The notes under the pieces were generated by a model. The model was given only the letters and a program-made list of their open reading frames with translations. It searched no databases and was not told the DNA's origin. Shown here one piece after another: positions 25,721-39,266 of a DNA stretch of 64,000 bases (positions are counted from its first letter, which is position 1; every line of letters begins with the position of its first letter). A program made the position numbers and the translations under genes. Origin of the DNA: Octopus vulgaris (Eukaryota); the NCBI GenBank assembly GCA_951406725.2, contig OX597823.1, positions 86,738,001-86,802,000 of the forward strand, read 5' to 3'.

Positions 25721-25727
<7 letters not shown>
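25268..25727 (-). mobile_element. 397-bp hammerhead-containing monomer with ~60-bp terminal direct repeat
   Basis: aaatcaaattgcgataaaataaaaataattataatc(a/g)ctggtatttccaacacaagcc at ~25269 and ~25666; (TA)n on both sides. Confidence 0.8.
25433..25504 (-). ncRNA. Type I hammerhead ribozyme
   Basis: Minus: UCUCA-CUGACGA-AUUCU..AGAAA-GAAA-CUGCAG-UC-UGAGA; palindromic stem III; first stem II pair is an A-A mismatch. Confidence 0.75.
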
Positions 25728-25782
<55 letters not shown>

Positions 25783-25783
25783 C

Positions 25784-25834
<51 letters not shown>

Positions 25835-26009
25835 TGTGTGTATGTATGTATGTATTTATAATTATTATTTGAGGGAATAAAATCCAAACTTACAAGGAAA
25901 AAAATACTAAATCAAATTTCACACTAAATAATATATATATATATGCATGTATGTATGTATATATATAAATGTATGTATATATATTTATATATATATGTAT
26001 GTATGTTTG

Positions 26010-26059
<50 letters not shown>

Positions 26060-26732
26060 CCATGTGTTTACATGTCTGCACATTAATATATATTAATGCA
26101 GACATGTAAACATAATTTATTATACACTGAAAGTATTATTACATGAAGAAAGCTGCGAAATAATTTCATGGACCGCATCTTCTGGACTTCAGTTGTATGG
26201 ACTCTATACATCATATTCCTCTGTAATGGATTACTGTGTTGTCTGCCTGCCGAGGCCGTTTGAGAAGATTCTATGAAACCACACATTATGCTGCAAATTT
26301 GAATATACGTATCAACGTATATATCACATGTATTTTATATAAAATCATTCCATTCTACACATTTACAAATGTCTATTTAGATATTAAAATGTGAGTTAAT
26401 CTGATGTCAATACACCTGATTAATGTTTCTCATAAAATTCACAATCTTATCGTTGGTGTTGTTTTTTTTTTTTTACCGTTCACTTCCACGCCATCTTAGT
26501 TATTATATGAACAGTTCATGCAGCCAAATGTTGCATGTACCCTAGCACATTACACAGAATATTTGCTGCTTATATGAACACTGTTCTGACGTTGAAAGCA
26601 TACACATGTACACACTCATACACACACACTCACATATATGTATAATACATACATACATCGTAAGGTGTATGTACATATATATATATATAGATGGACAGAC
26701 ATGCACACATATATACACCTACCTTCATATAT

Positions 26733-26782
<50 letters not shown>

Positions 26783-27070
26783 ATTTTTTTTTTCCAGTTT
26801 CAGCTCATTAAATTAGAGATAAAACCACTATTATGCAAATCAAACAGTAAAAAACATAAGCCAATACATAAAATTAATTTAAAAATATAAAAGTTAAAAA
26901 TAAAAAATTATTTAAATAATTTAAACTTATAAATTTTATATATATATACAAATATATATATATGTATGTATATTTTTATATTTATATATTATTTTATTAA
27001 TTAATTAATTAATTAATTAATTAATTTATTTATTTACTTATTTTTATATCAAAAGTATTAAAAGTTTAAT

Positions 27071-27112
<42 letters not shown>

Positions 27113-27439
27113 GGATGGATAGATAGATGTGTGTGTGTGTGTGTTTTCACGAAATATATGTGTGTATCTCATTATATCGGACGGAATTGAACCATGTGTT
27201 TGCTTGCTGTTGTAATATAAAATCTATACTCTTGTATTTCGAAAATTATGTCGTGAACGATAAACCAAACGGAAATTGTTAAGAAAATATATAGAAAACA
27301 TTTTGGTTTTGTGAATGCGGTCTTGTCACAAAGTGATTTCGAATCAACAGATGACTTTTCGTTAATTTCAATATCAAAAATTAGGAAATAATTTCAACGT
27401 GTAAAATTTCACACTAAATTACATTATTCTTTAGAATAC

Positions 27440-27925
27440 TGGTTTCAGATATTGGTACAAGGTCAGCAGTCACAACCTTAGTGTCCAACTGGTTTAAGTG
27501 ATCTGGAATGGATAGTACTTAAATTCAACCTTGGCGGAATTTGAACTCAGACCTTAAAGATGGACTAAATGCCGCAAAAATATTTTACCTGCCGTGCTAA
27601 CGATTCTTTTCTATTCTAGGCACAAGGCTCAAAATTTGCTGAGAGGGGGCCCAGTCGATTAAGTACCAACTACTACTTAATTTAACGACCCCGAAAGAAT
27701 GGTACTCAAATTCAACCTCGGCGGAATTTGAACTCAGAGCGAAAATACGGACGAAATGCCGCTAAATATTTTCCCTGTCGTGCTAACGGTTCTACAAGTA
27801 TGCCGAGCTCAACTTTGCCTTTCATCCCTATTGGATCGATAATATAAGTAACACTAGTACAATTGGGTTGACGTAAACGCTAGCCACTTCCCCCAATATC
27901 CCCAGCCTTGGTACTGTTTTAGAAA
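27440..27925 (-). mobile_element. SINE family S1 cluster (two tandem minus copies, partial plus copy)
   Basis: Repeated aaattcaacct.ggcggaatttgaactcag...cgtgctaacg. Confidence 0.7.
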
Positions 27926-28247
27926 AATATATTTCCACGTCTTTTGGCTCTGATCCACTGATAACTATAATAAGAAGCGTTCGAGCCATGATCAACCTCG
28001 CTTTTCCTTCAGATCTGCTATATCCGGAATTGTAGCCTGATGTCTCATGTATCTGCTTTCTCTTTTTCCTTTTCTTTTTCTTCTTCTTTTTTTCTTTGGC
28101 AGAATATCATTTGAGAAAGATTGTGCTTCTATTTCTACTCTGCTTAAACATTACATAGCTATTTCCTAGTGACATCTATTAAAAACGATTTTATTAGAAA
28201 ATTTGTGACAAGTATGTATTTCGTAATAGTATTGTTACTGGCACTTG

Positions 28248-28470
28248 AAAGGCAGCGAGCTAGCAGGCTCGTTAACAGGTCAAACAAAATGCCTAGCGGA
28301 ATTGACTCCGGCATTTTATGATCTGAGTTCAAACGACGCCGAGGTCAAGTTTTGTCTTTCATCCTTCCAGGGTCTGTAAAATAAGTACTCTTCAAGCAAT
28401 CAGGTCGATGTAATCGACTTTCTCCTCCTTTCGAAATTGATTGCCTTGTGTCGAAATCAGAAAGAATTAT
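28248..28470 (+). mobile_element. SINE family S1
   Basis: aaggcagcgagctagcagg head, ctgagttcaaa B-box, core and tail. Confidence 0.7.
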
Positions 28471-28609
28471 TTCTGGCATCTGAGGATGTTAGATCGGCAG
28501 AATCGATAGAGCATCGAAAAAAAAAAATAGCTTTCTTGTACTTATTATGACTTTACATCCTGATGGAGGAACATGGCTTTGGTGTACATGGACGGCTTGG
28601 TGATTAAGG

Positions 28610-29044
28610 CAACGTCTCTCAACCGGGGTTTCCCGGAAGCTTAGGGTTCCGCAAAAGGTTCCTAGGGGTTCCGCGAGAAAGAGTGAGATTAGCTAGTGCT
28701 AATTTCATGATCGTAATATTACTATACATGTACAACAAAGTATTGGTTATTGTAATATTGTAATATGGACTTCATCCTATCTAACTTATTATATTATAAA
28801 AAAACAATATAACAACCATTGGGGATATGTTTAGTGATATCTGTAATTTATGAACACCCTGTATTCTTTCTTTATTTTCACAAAAATTCCTTATAACCCA
28901 ATGTGGCGGTTTCTGAAGAGGGAAATTCAGTAAATTCGGACGAGGTTAGTGATAAACAATCACAAGCTTCTGTGCAGGGGTTCCTTGAGTCGTGTAATTT
29001 ATTTTAAGGGCTACGCAAGGGTAAATAAAGGTTGAGAAACACTG
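28610..29044. mobile_element. hAT (Charlie-like) MITE nested in a SINE head
   Basis: TIRs caacgtctctcaacc / ggttgagaaacactg; 8-bp TSD gattaagg / gattaaga; subterminal ggggttcc repeats. Confidence 0.8.
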
Positions 29045-29690
29045 GATTAAGACGTTGGACTCATGAGCGTAAGATTGGGATTTCGGTTCATGGATAAGGC
29101 GACGCATTATGCTCTTGAGAAAAACACTTCTTTTCACGTTGATCGAGTTCATTCAATTGGTACAAACGAGCAATCCTGCGATGGAACAGTGTTTCATCCA
29201 ATGGGAAGTATATAGGCTACCAGTGAAACCGGGAAACTTACTCTATGCTCCCTACAGAGTAATGTGGACTTACCAACCTTAACATTGTGAGATCAAATAG
29301 CGTAGAAGTTAAGTTTGCTTTTCTTCATTTCGATTCTGAAAAAAAAAAAATGAAACATCAGTCGAGTGCTAAGATCGATGATATCGTTATCATCCCTCCT
29401 TTGGCACTATTCGACATGGACCTATAAGAGAAACCATAATTTGTAGTATTTATTTGCGGTTACAGTAGTTTGTGTAATGTGTTTTTTTTTTTTGCTTTTT
29501 AGAAGATTTACATTGTTTCAGCTAATATCAGGAAAGGTATTACTGTTATACTTATTTCATAGTTATAGGCGCAGGCGTAGCTTTGCGGTAAGTAGCTTCC
29601 TTACCAACCACATGGTTCCGGGTTCAGTATATTGTACTATAACCTCGGGCAGACCAAAGCTTTGTGAGTAGATTTGGTAAATACCCGTCG

Positions 29691-29834
<144 letters not shown>

Positions 29835-29895
29835 CACCAAATATAGAGTGCACGGGTTTTTATTGGCTAAACTGGCAACATGACCAACCCCAAAT

Positions 29896-29958
<63 letters not shown>

Positions 29959-30107
29959 GAGGGTATGAGGGGTATTGGTATCTAGAAGACCTAAAGAGTG
30001 TCAGGTAAGGCTAAGTAACTGATATGGAGCGACAGTATTTGAACTCTTGGTTCGGTAATGATACGAGTCAGGACTCTAATGTAGGTCTTGTATTGTCTAA
30101 TATATAC

Positions 30108-30487
30108 ACGCGCAGGTATTGCTGTATGGTACATAGCTTGCTTAACAACCATAAGGTTCCCGGTTCAGTCCCACTGCTTGGCAACCTTCGGCAAGTGTCT
30201 TCTACTATAGCCCCGGACCGCCCAGAGCCTTCTGAGTGGATTTGGTAGACGGAAACTAAAAGAAGCCCGTCAGATATGTGTGTGTGTGTATTTGTGTGTG
30301 TACCCCCGACGTCGCTTGACAACCGTTGTTGGTGTATACGTCCACGTAAACTAGCGGTTCGGCAAAAAAGAGACCGATAGAATAAGTACTAGGCTTACAA
30401 AGAATAAGTCCAAGGGTCGATTTGTTCGAGTTAAGGCAGTGCTCCTGCATGGCCGCAGTCAAATGAATGAAACAAATATAGAAAAGA
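30108..30487 (+). mobile_element. SINE family S3, full length
   Basis: Complete consensus with internal (TG)n. Confidence 0.8.
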
Positions 30488-30699
30488 CTAAAAAAAAAGA
30501 AGTACAGTGTCCTTTCATTTGTTTAATACGACTGGGAGTGAACCAATGTAAAAACTTGGCTACACTTTCTAGCCAAGTGAAAGACTCGTTTAGGCGAAAA
30601 ATGTACTCGTGTTGATCATGGTCATCATGGTAACGGGTGGTGATCGACGTTTTCTTGGCGTTGCTTATATCGCTTGCAAATAGATCTGGTTCTTTGTAC

Positions 30700-30750
<51 letters not shown>

Positions 30751-32635
30751 TCTATTGTTTTTGTCACAGTTATTCTGTTCTGGATTACGCCAGAAAAGAA
30801 TGTATGATCATCATCATCATCATCACCATCATCATAATTATTATAAGTGGTAGTAGATTGAATTACTATTGTTGTTGCTATTATTGTTGTTGTTGTTGTT
30901 ATTATTATTATTGTTATTATTATTTCATGGCTAATAATATAGGATTGTCTTTAGCCTTTCTTTCATTTTGGTCTCAACATATCAGTCCATGACTGCTTCA
31001 ATACCTATGATGTACGTGACAAAATGCCACTTACTTGACCGTTGAAAAATGAAGAAAAAGGACATCCCTCTCTCTCTCTCTCACACACACACACTCACAC
31101 ACGCGGACACACGTATACATACAGCCATGCACACTCGATGGACAACTGTCCATAACAATTGAATAAACAGCCTCTCAATAAGACTACTATTGACATTATA
31201 TTTTAACTACAATGCTTCACACGCACACATACTACCATACTGTCTCGCCCTCACACACTGACCTCCTCGAATACACGCATTCATACATGTTACTGGTTGT
31301 AGTAAAGTTGCTGGCATTTTTTCTTCTCGTTTCTCTCTTTCCTATTTTCTCTTTTGTTAATTTTTGTTAATAATGTTGTTGCTGTACTTATTCTTGTGGT
31401 TGTGGGGTTGTTGCTATTGTTTCTGTTGCTGTTTTCATTAATTTTTCTTTTTTCTTTTCTTTTTTTATCAGTTTTGTGTGTTGTGTTGATGTTAATACGG
31501 GGCAGGAGGGGGGAGGATAATATAGGAAAGATCTGTTTTTTTGTTATCATTTTTTGGGGGAGAATTTTTGTTGGTTTTTCTTTCGCTTTTTTTTTTCTTC
31601 TGTGCTTGTTTGTCTCTGTGTGTATGTGTATGTGAGTGTGTACGAGTTTGTGTATGTGTGTATGTGTGTGCATAAGTCTATGTGTGTGTGTGTGTGTGTG
31701 TATGAGTCTCTGTGTGTGTTTGTGTATGAGTCTCTGTGTGTATGTGTGTGTGTTTTGTCTTCTACTCACCCATGCCATGCATTCATCGTTTCATAGACAC
31801 GTCAATAGAAAGGCCTTAGGTAGAAGTAATATAAAAGACCAGAAATACTGGCACATATTAAAACAGAAAATAAAAGAGACAAAGACTAGAGAGAGAGTAA
31901 AAAGAATGAATGAATGAAAGGCAGGACAAAGCAAAAAGAAAGTACATTGAATGAGAGTGTGTTTAAACGCATGAGACATTTCCAATGGAATATAAAAGAG
32001 AAAATATATAGTTGGTTACGCCAGGAGCCATCAGTCATTATCATTTAGTCATTGGTTTTCAATTTTATTCCGATTTTCACGATACGTCTTTCATTGGCTT
32101 GTTTGCCGATTTTTATCTTTTTTGTTCTGATTTACACATATGTTATTAGTTTCGCCATTGTTGCCTTCTGTTTCTTTTCTTCCTCCGTCTTCTTCTATTA
32201 TTTCGTTTAACCTTTTCTTTCTTTTCTTTCGTTCCCTCTCTTTATTTCCTTTCCGCTGTCCCTCCTCAATTTTTCATGAAACATGCTTTCTATTTTTTTT
32301 TCCCCTAATCATTATCCTCTTTTTATTGTACGCAATAGATACAAATCCTGCTACAGCGAAACTTATCACAGCTATTACCGTCATAAGCACCACAACATTT
32401 GCTGCTACCAATACTAGGACCATCGCTATTATTGTTCTTTTTTTCTTAGTGTGTCATAAGCTGCTTGCGAAAACAGTGTTAGACTACACGTGTCTCAGCA
32501 ATTAGTTTCGTCCTACCCGCTACGGGTTCGTATGACAAATTAAGACGTTCTAGAGTCTATGTAATAAATACCAATGATTTAGTTGGGTGAAGTAATAGGG
32601 TGTAATGAATAATATACTGAAATAAGAAAAAGATA

Positions 32636-33047
32636 GGATCTTTTCGGTTTGAACGGCAGTTTTTTCTAGCGATGTCATATGAAATTTTCACCCATAATTA
32701 TGACCCTAGTATAGATCTATTGCATTTCAATCTGTTTTAGGGTTAGGGGTAGGGGGAAGGGTATCTATTTTTCTTTACAAATGTAAATAAATCCAATCTG
32801 TTTCTTAAACGATGGACATATTCATACAGCACAGAATGTTTTTTACCTCAATAGACGTCAGTGATTGGTTGAAATTGCTGAAATTGAAGAAAACAACAAC
32901 AAACTACATTTACAAACTATAGAATTTTCTCAATAAAGCCAAGAGAAAAATATGTTTTATAAACACATTCTACCAGTATACGAAGTTTAACATTTTTTAG
33001 TTACCTACAAATTATGTTAAAAACTGCCGTTCAAACCGAAAAGATCC
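32636..33047. mobile_element. MITE with ~29-bp TIRs, copy 2 (Merlin- or hAT-type 8-bp TSD)
   Basis: ggatcttttcggtttgaacggcagttttt TIRs; perfect TSD aaaagata at 32628-32635 and 33048-33055. Confidence 0.92.
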
Positions 33048-33226
33048 AAAAGATATAGTTATTTATGGATGGCAAAGTAAAATAGACGAGTTTTCAAGAA
33101 TTTATATGCCTCGTTTCGTTTTCATGTTGCTGGTTTCGCACTTTCGATAATTTAATACAGATATGCAAAACATACTTTTCTTAGATCTTTGCAGTGAAAT
33201 AGATTCCAGGCTTATTCAATTTTTTT

Positions 33227-33541
33227 TTTATGCGCCCTTTTCAAGCCTAGCCAGGCTCATGGGCCCGGTTTCCTGGTTTCTATGGCGTATGTGTTTCCCC
33301 GCCCCCACTAGCTGGACGAGACGCCAGTCCATTGCAGCGTTACTCAAGAAACAGGAAGAAAGAGTGAGAGAGAAAGTTGGGGCGAAAGAGTACAAAAGGG
33401 GTCGCCACCCCCTGCCGGAGCCTCGTGGAGCTTTTATGTGTTTTCGCTCAATAAACACACACAGCGCCCAGTGTGGGAATTGAAACAGCGATCCTCCAGC
33501 CGTGAGTCCGCTGCCCTAACCACTGGGCCAATGCTCCTCCA
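33227..33541 (-). mobile_element. SINE family S2
   Basis: Reverse complement of S2 head and core with a distinct tail. Confidence 0.8.
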
Positions 33542-33711
33542 CACTATTCAAATAATTACTGCTGGTAATTACTGAGTTTTACTAATAATTACAGAGAAAC
33601 TGTTGGTAAAGCGTAGACAGAGATTTTTGCTTAAAACATTTCATCAAGTCTGAGTTGAAATCTCAGAATCGTGGATTTGATAGATTTACTTCGGAATCAT
33701 TAATATTTCAT

Positions 33712-33746
<35 letters not shown>

Positions 33747-33756
33747 AGCTGCGATA

Positions 33757-33905
33757 TAGTAGCTTGCTAACCAACCACATGGTTCCGGGTTCAGTCCCAC
33801 TGCGTGGCATCTTGGGCAAGTGTCTTCTGCTATAGCCCCGGGCCGACCAATGCCTTGTGAGTGGATTTGGTAGATGGAAACTGAAAGAAGCCCGTCGTAT
33901 ATATG

Positions 33906-33942
<37 letters not shown>

Positions 33943-34143
33943 TTGTGTGTCTGTGTTTGTCCCCCTAGTATTGCTTGACAACCGATGCTGGTGTGTTTAC
34001 GTCCCCGTCACTTAGCGGTTCGGCAAAAGAGACCGATAGAATAAGTACTGGGCTTACAAAGAATAAGTCCCGGGGTCGATTTACTCGACTAAAGGCGGTG
34101 CTCCAGCATGGCCGCAGTCAAATGACTGAAACAAGTAAAAAGA
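33757..34143 (+). mobile_element. SINE family S3, 5'-truncated, with target-site duplication
   Basis: Near-consensus; aaacagctgcgatata repeated at ~33743 and ~34166. Confidence 0.85.
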
Positions 34144-34436
34144 GTGGAAAAGAGTATATATAAAAAAACAGCTGCGATATATTAAGACTAAAAACATCAT
34201 CTACGCCGGCATCTGTCATAAAAGTACACTGTCATGATACTCTATGGATCGGTGAATGTTTGAGAAAAGGAGCTACATGTAAATCTGCGTAGAGTCAGAA
34301 AAAGGAAAGGATTAATATGAAGAACCAGAGATAAATTCTTTACTAATGTGTATAGCTCGTGTGTGTGTGTGTGTGCGTGCGTGTGTGAATGTATGTATGT
34401 ATATGTATGTGTGTATGAATGTATGTTGTTAGTGCT

Positions 34437-34945
34437 GTGGATGCGCAATGGCATCGGTTAGGGCATCGGACTCACGGTCGTAGGATCCGGTTTCGATTCC
34501 AAGACCGGGCATTGTGAGTGTGTATTGAGCGAAAACACCTAAAGCTCCACGAGGCTCCGGCAAGGGGTGGTGGTGAACTCTGATGTACTCTTTCACCACA
34601 ACTTTCTCTTACTCTTTCTTCCTGTTTCTGTTGTACCTCTATTTCAAAGGGCCAGCCATGTCACACTCTGTGTCACGCTGAATCTCCCTGAGAACTACGT
34701 TAAGGGTACACGTGTCTGTGGAGTATTCAGCCACTTGCACGTTAATAAATGAGCAGCGACGTCACTGGTGCCAAGCTGCATCAGCCTTTGCCTTTCCCTT
34801 GGATAACATCGGTGGCGAGGAGAAGGGAGGCTGGTATGCATGGGCGACTGCTGGTCTTCTATAAACAACCTTTCCCAGACTTGTGCCTTGGAGGGTAACT
34901 TTCTAGGTACGATCCCATGGTCATTCATGACGGAAAGGGGTCACA
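34437..34945 (+). mobile_element. SINE family S2, long form
   Basis: Head + core + tail gggcgactgctggtcttc...gagggtaactttctagg...ggggtc, also at 48483-48805. Confidence 0.8.
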
Positions 34946-35171
34946 ACAACAATGTTGTTAGTGCTACTGGTTGGATGTAACTCTCTATCATCTGGTGCAC
35001 GGTATCGACGTCGGTGACTAAAGCGGTAAACCTATCAAGCTAGCTTGGTGAGGAGGGTGGTTTTCATGGACACCTTAGAACACGAAAAACAAAGCCCGTG
35101 ATAGGACGAATGATGTCAATAGAATCAACGGCCATCGAACAACTGAGAGTGAGAAGCTCCTACTCTTTACA

Positions 35172-35470
35172 TATGGCGTAGTGGTTAAGAGCGCGGGCTA
35201 CTAACCCCAAGACTCCGAGTTAGATTCCAGGCAGTGACCTGAATAATAATACTAATAAAAAAAAAATTTTTTTAAATAATAATAATAATAACATCGAAAA
35301 ATACCTTAGGGATTAGAACCCGGATTCGAAATTTCCCCAAGACACCTGATGAAGGCTGGAGAGTATATCAGCCGAAACGTTGTGTTAACAACAAGCAAGA
35401 TGAGGACAAATGTCCGTCAAATATAAGTAATGTAAATAATGCACATATTCTTCATCTCTTAGACTAGGAC
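35172..35470 (+). mobile_element. tRNA-headed SINE-like element carrying a hammerhead
   Basis: A box tggcgtagtgg, anticodon-like loop ctactaa, B box gttagattcc, (AAT)-rich linker, HHR at 35341-35386. Confidence 0.7.
35341..35386 (+). ncRNA. Minimal type I hammerhead ribozyme
   Basis: GACAC-CUGAUGA-A-GGCUG-loop-CAGCC-GAAA-CG-UU-GUGUU; palindromic AACGUU stem III. Confidence 0.75.
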
Positions 35471-35799
35471 TCCTAGTCTTTTTGTAGAACTCACTGGTAG
35501 AAGGAAATTCCAGAATAATACCCATTTCATTCCGAAGCAGATGTAAATGTTGATTATTTCTGGAATACTTGGCTTTGTAGGTGAGAGTCTTAGCAGTGTT
35601 GTGCAAGCTGTTATTGATTTTAAATTCCAGCAGGGTCTTAACATCTAGAGTAAGATAATTTGTCAGTGACGATCATACGTGTATGTATGTATTGTATGTA
35701 TGTATGTATGTATGTTTGTATGTATTACGTATGTATGTATGTATGTATGTATGTATGTATGTATAGATAGATATATATGTATGCATGTATATATGATTT

Positions 35800-38700
35800 T
35801 TCTTTGAGTTTTAAGTTCTTCTTGGGAGAGTTCAACCCGGTCAGTAACAAAGCGAGAGTTCTAGGTATCTAAAAATAATTGGTTCAGTTGGTGTGTTGAT
35901 TGAATTATCGATGCATACACCCAATTGTGTGCACCTATTCACATAAGAATCTTACATGGAGAATTTTTGGAAAATCTTACAAATCTTTATTTTTCCACTA
36001 ATAGATTGGATTTGGAGAATCCACGTCAATTGTGTTTTTTTCGCTCTTTTTCCGTAAGACAGTATTTCATGATTTTCTAGTAATATATTCCTGCATAGTC
36101 TTCTGTTCATATAGGCTCATCCTTTCATGTGATGATATGTTGCGGTAGAGTCGTGCGATGTCTTTGGGCATGTATCTTATGTTAACAGACAATGAGTATT
36201 GCTCAAGGAGCTGCCTTCCAAGTCTATAATGTTATCAGCCTCATGTACGCAACTTGGTCAAGTGATGCACATCAACACTTGGTGGTTAAAAGATCTTGCC
36301 GAAGGGATATGCGACATTCAAAGGCAATTTGGATCGATGTTATGCATCTGCCGCCATTTTTTCGTTTTAAGTAAGGGCGGTCTACGTCACAGTCTACATG
36401 GAAATTATATGTCCTTGGTAGTATTATTCGGGTTTTCCTATCAATAGCTCAGATCTCATCAAGCGTCCAATCATGCAGCCCAAATGTTGATATGAGTGCT
36501 GGTACTGCAAACACATTGTAGGCCACTGTTTTATTGAATGCAGAATTTTTTGAGGTCCAAATTTTCTTTATTCAGCTGTAATATTCTTTAGTGACACATG
36601 TTTTATTACAGGTGCCATGGTAACATATATATTTTCATCCACTCCTAGATACCTGTAATATTCTTCGTCAGATACAGGGGAGACATTGATGGAGATATTA
36701 CTAGTCTGGTTTATAGTTTTCCCCCGTTTCACAACCATATAACAACATTTATCCTGACCAAACTCCAAACCTACATCCTTTGGTAATATTGTAGCTACGT
36801 CAAGGCCCTTTTTCATCTCATGCATATTCTCTGCATAAAATTGTAAGTCATACACAACGAAATAGAGTGTAATTTTGGTATTTCTGTTTACTTGAACCAG
36901 TGAGATAACCTTCAGACTTCCTTAATATGAACGGCAAGGGGCTTACAGAAAGTATAAACAACATCACAGAGAGGCTATCTCCTTGGAGTATGCCCTTGCA
37001 ATACTATATTCTATCGGTGATAATACAGTCATAGTTTGTGTTTAATATGAAGACGGTGGCCCACGATGAAATCAGGTCAGCTATAGCTTTGACTATTCTC
37101 ACTGGAACTTTAGCAAGTTGAAGGGCTTCTAGCATCCATGAGTGGAGAACAGAGTCAAAGTCTTTCTTGTAGTCTAGCCACATTGAATCCAGGTTCCTCC
37201 TATGCTCTCGCACCTGACATCACAGCTTTGTTAATTAACAATTGCTCGACACATCCCCAGACTCCCTTCTTCCCAGCTGCTTGTTCTGCTGTGATAATGT
37301 TATTGGCTTCACTATGTTCATGGAAGAGAAGGTTCAAACATGCTGTGCATATCCAATATATTAAGCAATAGTTTTTTGCCGTGTGGGTGGTTCTGCATTT
37401 GGGGATCAATTTTGTCTCTGCAAGAGCTAACCAATGTGTTATGGTACTGTTCTCAATGAAAGTTTGCTGGTATAGATTGATAAGATATGGTTGGTAGAAT
37501 GTTAGCTTCTTGTACCAAAATCCAACAATCAAGTCTCCTCCAGGTGCTTTTCTATTCTGGAGTTTCTGGATCAGTTGCAAGAGTCTTACCACCAATGTAT
37601 TTCTTGGATGTAACGCAGGAGCTATAACGTTTTCGGATTTTTTCCAGTCACAGAGCAAGCTTAGTTAAACTCCTTTTCACTCCAGATTTTCTAGGAGGAG
37701 TCTATGTTTTCTCGTGAAGGCTCTTCTGTGATGTTTACTATTCCCCCCCTCATGTTTTTGTACACTGTTGCCTGGTTGCGATAAAATTTTTCGGTTATTG
37801 TTCTTCTCTCGGTTATTCTCTTCGGATGTGGGAGAATTTTACAGACGATTTTAACTCCTGCTTGAAGGCAATCAGTTTGCAAGAGACTGTATTCTTTTTG
37901 CTGTCTCCAAACATCATTTTTACCTCCTTTACTTTCTGCTGGTGGGACGTATAATGATTTGTTTGTATGCATGCAATAAGCATCATTACATAACTGATGG
38001 TCTTCCATAAACCAGTTACCTTTTTCTCTGTCTTGAAAACCAAACCCATATTGGTACTTTCTTTTTTGTTTCGGTTTTACAATAGTAGCCAGTGCATATA
38101 GACAGGCGTTAATCTGCCAGTATGTGGATTGATCACATTTTTGTAAATACTCATTTCGTTAACACCATTTCGTTAACAGCTTTTAATACCATATCTAGTG
38201 TTTTTTTATTTACTTTGGTAGAGAATACTCTCTCCTCGAGATAGTCCTTCAAAGCCAAAGTTATTTTGTCTGGGAAAATTTCAGTAAGGGCACATTTCAC
38301 CGGCATACAATCTTGACTACCATTACCGATACAATAATCGTTACGATTGTACCTGCTATTTACTATAGTCGTAGTAGGGGGGGCCGTGGTTAGTTACTTG
38401 AACCAGTAATGTAGTTTGTTCGGCAGGCACAATGGAATCTATTAGAATGCTGCTAGCTGCGAAACCACGTGGTGGTCTTATATCATTCACGTTTTGGTTT
38501 TGGTTTATAGAGTTTGAAAGAAGATCTATTTTCGAGTTCTTAATAAAGTTACAGTTACTAACCTTCTTCTTATATTCTACAAACGTTACTTGTTGGCGTA
38601 GTTGCATCGCAGTAAAATTATTTAATTCTGGATGCAGATCGTCCCCATATGATTTCAATCAATTCATATAGCCAACAGCGGTGTTTTGCTTCGCTTCTTT

Positions 38701-38900
38701 GTAGCACTTAAACAGATCAGTATTCAATTCATAACTTCAAGAAAAACGAGTTTGGTTGTTACGGTTTCTTCTATAACTACAGTTAGAAAGAGTTTTTTTA
38801 CCTTTTGAGCTGTTGTTTTCATTCTGTTCCTCGGTTCTGTTGTTGATGTTGTGTCCAGCCACGTTGTTTTGTAGTAACTCTCTGTATGTTAAATTCAAGT
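35800..38900 (-). mobile_element. Long, heavily decayed R4/Dong-like non-LTR retrotransposon
   Basis: RT motifs in split ORFs: KAPGGDLIVGFWYK, EQAAGKKGVWGCVEQLLINK, WLDYKKDFDSVLHSW, DVGLEFGQDKC, YRYLGV. Confidence 0.82.
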
Positions 38901-39206
38901 TTCAGTAGAAAATCACTACAATCGGGAATAAAAGGCTCCCTCAGTTAATTCCTCTGAAGATTAAACAGTTATTTAACAAAGCTGATAGTTGTGGCGCTTC
39001 AAAGTTCGAGATAATATTCATCGTATTTTCGATTAATAGTCTCCCACGCCAAATACGCGATTTCTCGCTTCAAATATATGTATATTCGAATGTATGTATA
39101 CGTATTTATGTATGCATGCATGTATGTATGTATGTATACAGGTATGTTTGTTCGTATGTATGTATGCATATATATGCACGTGTATGTTTGTATTTAGGTA
39201 TGTATA

Positions 39207-39266
<60 letters not shown>

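Noticed and set aside
35172-35241. Functional tRNA gene
   Set aside because: Acceptor stem incomplete, B box mutated and fused to a repeat body; other tRNA-like heads in the window are also SINEs
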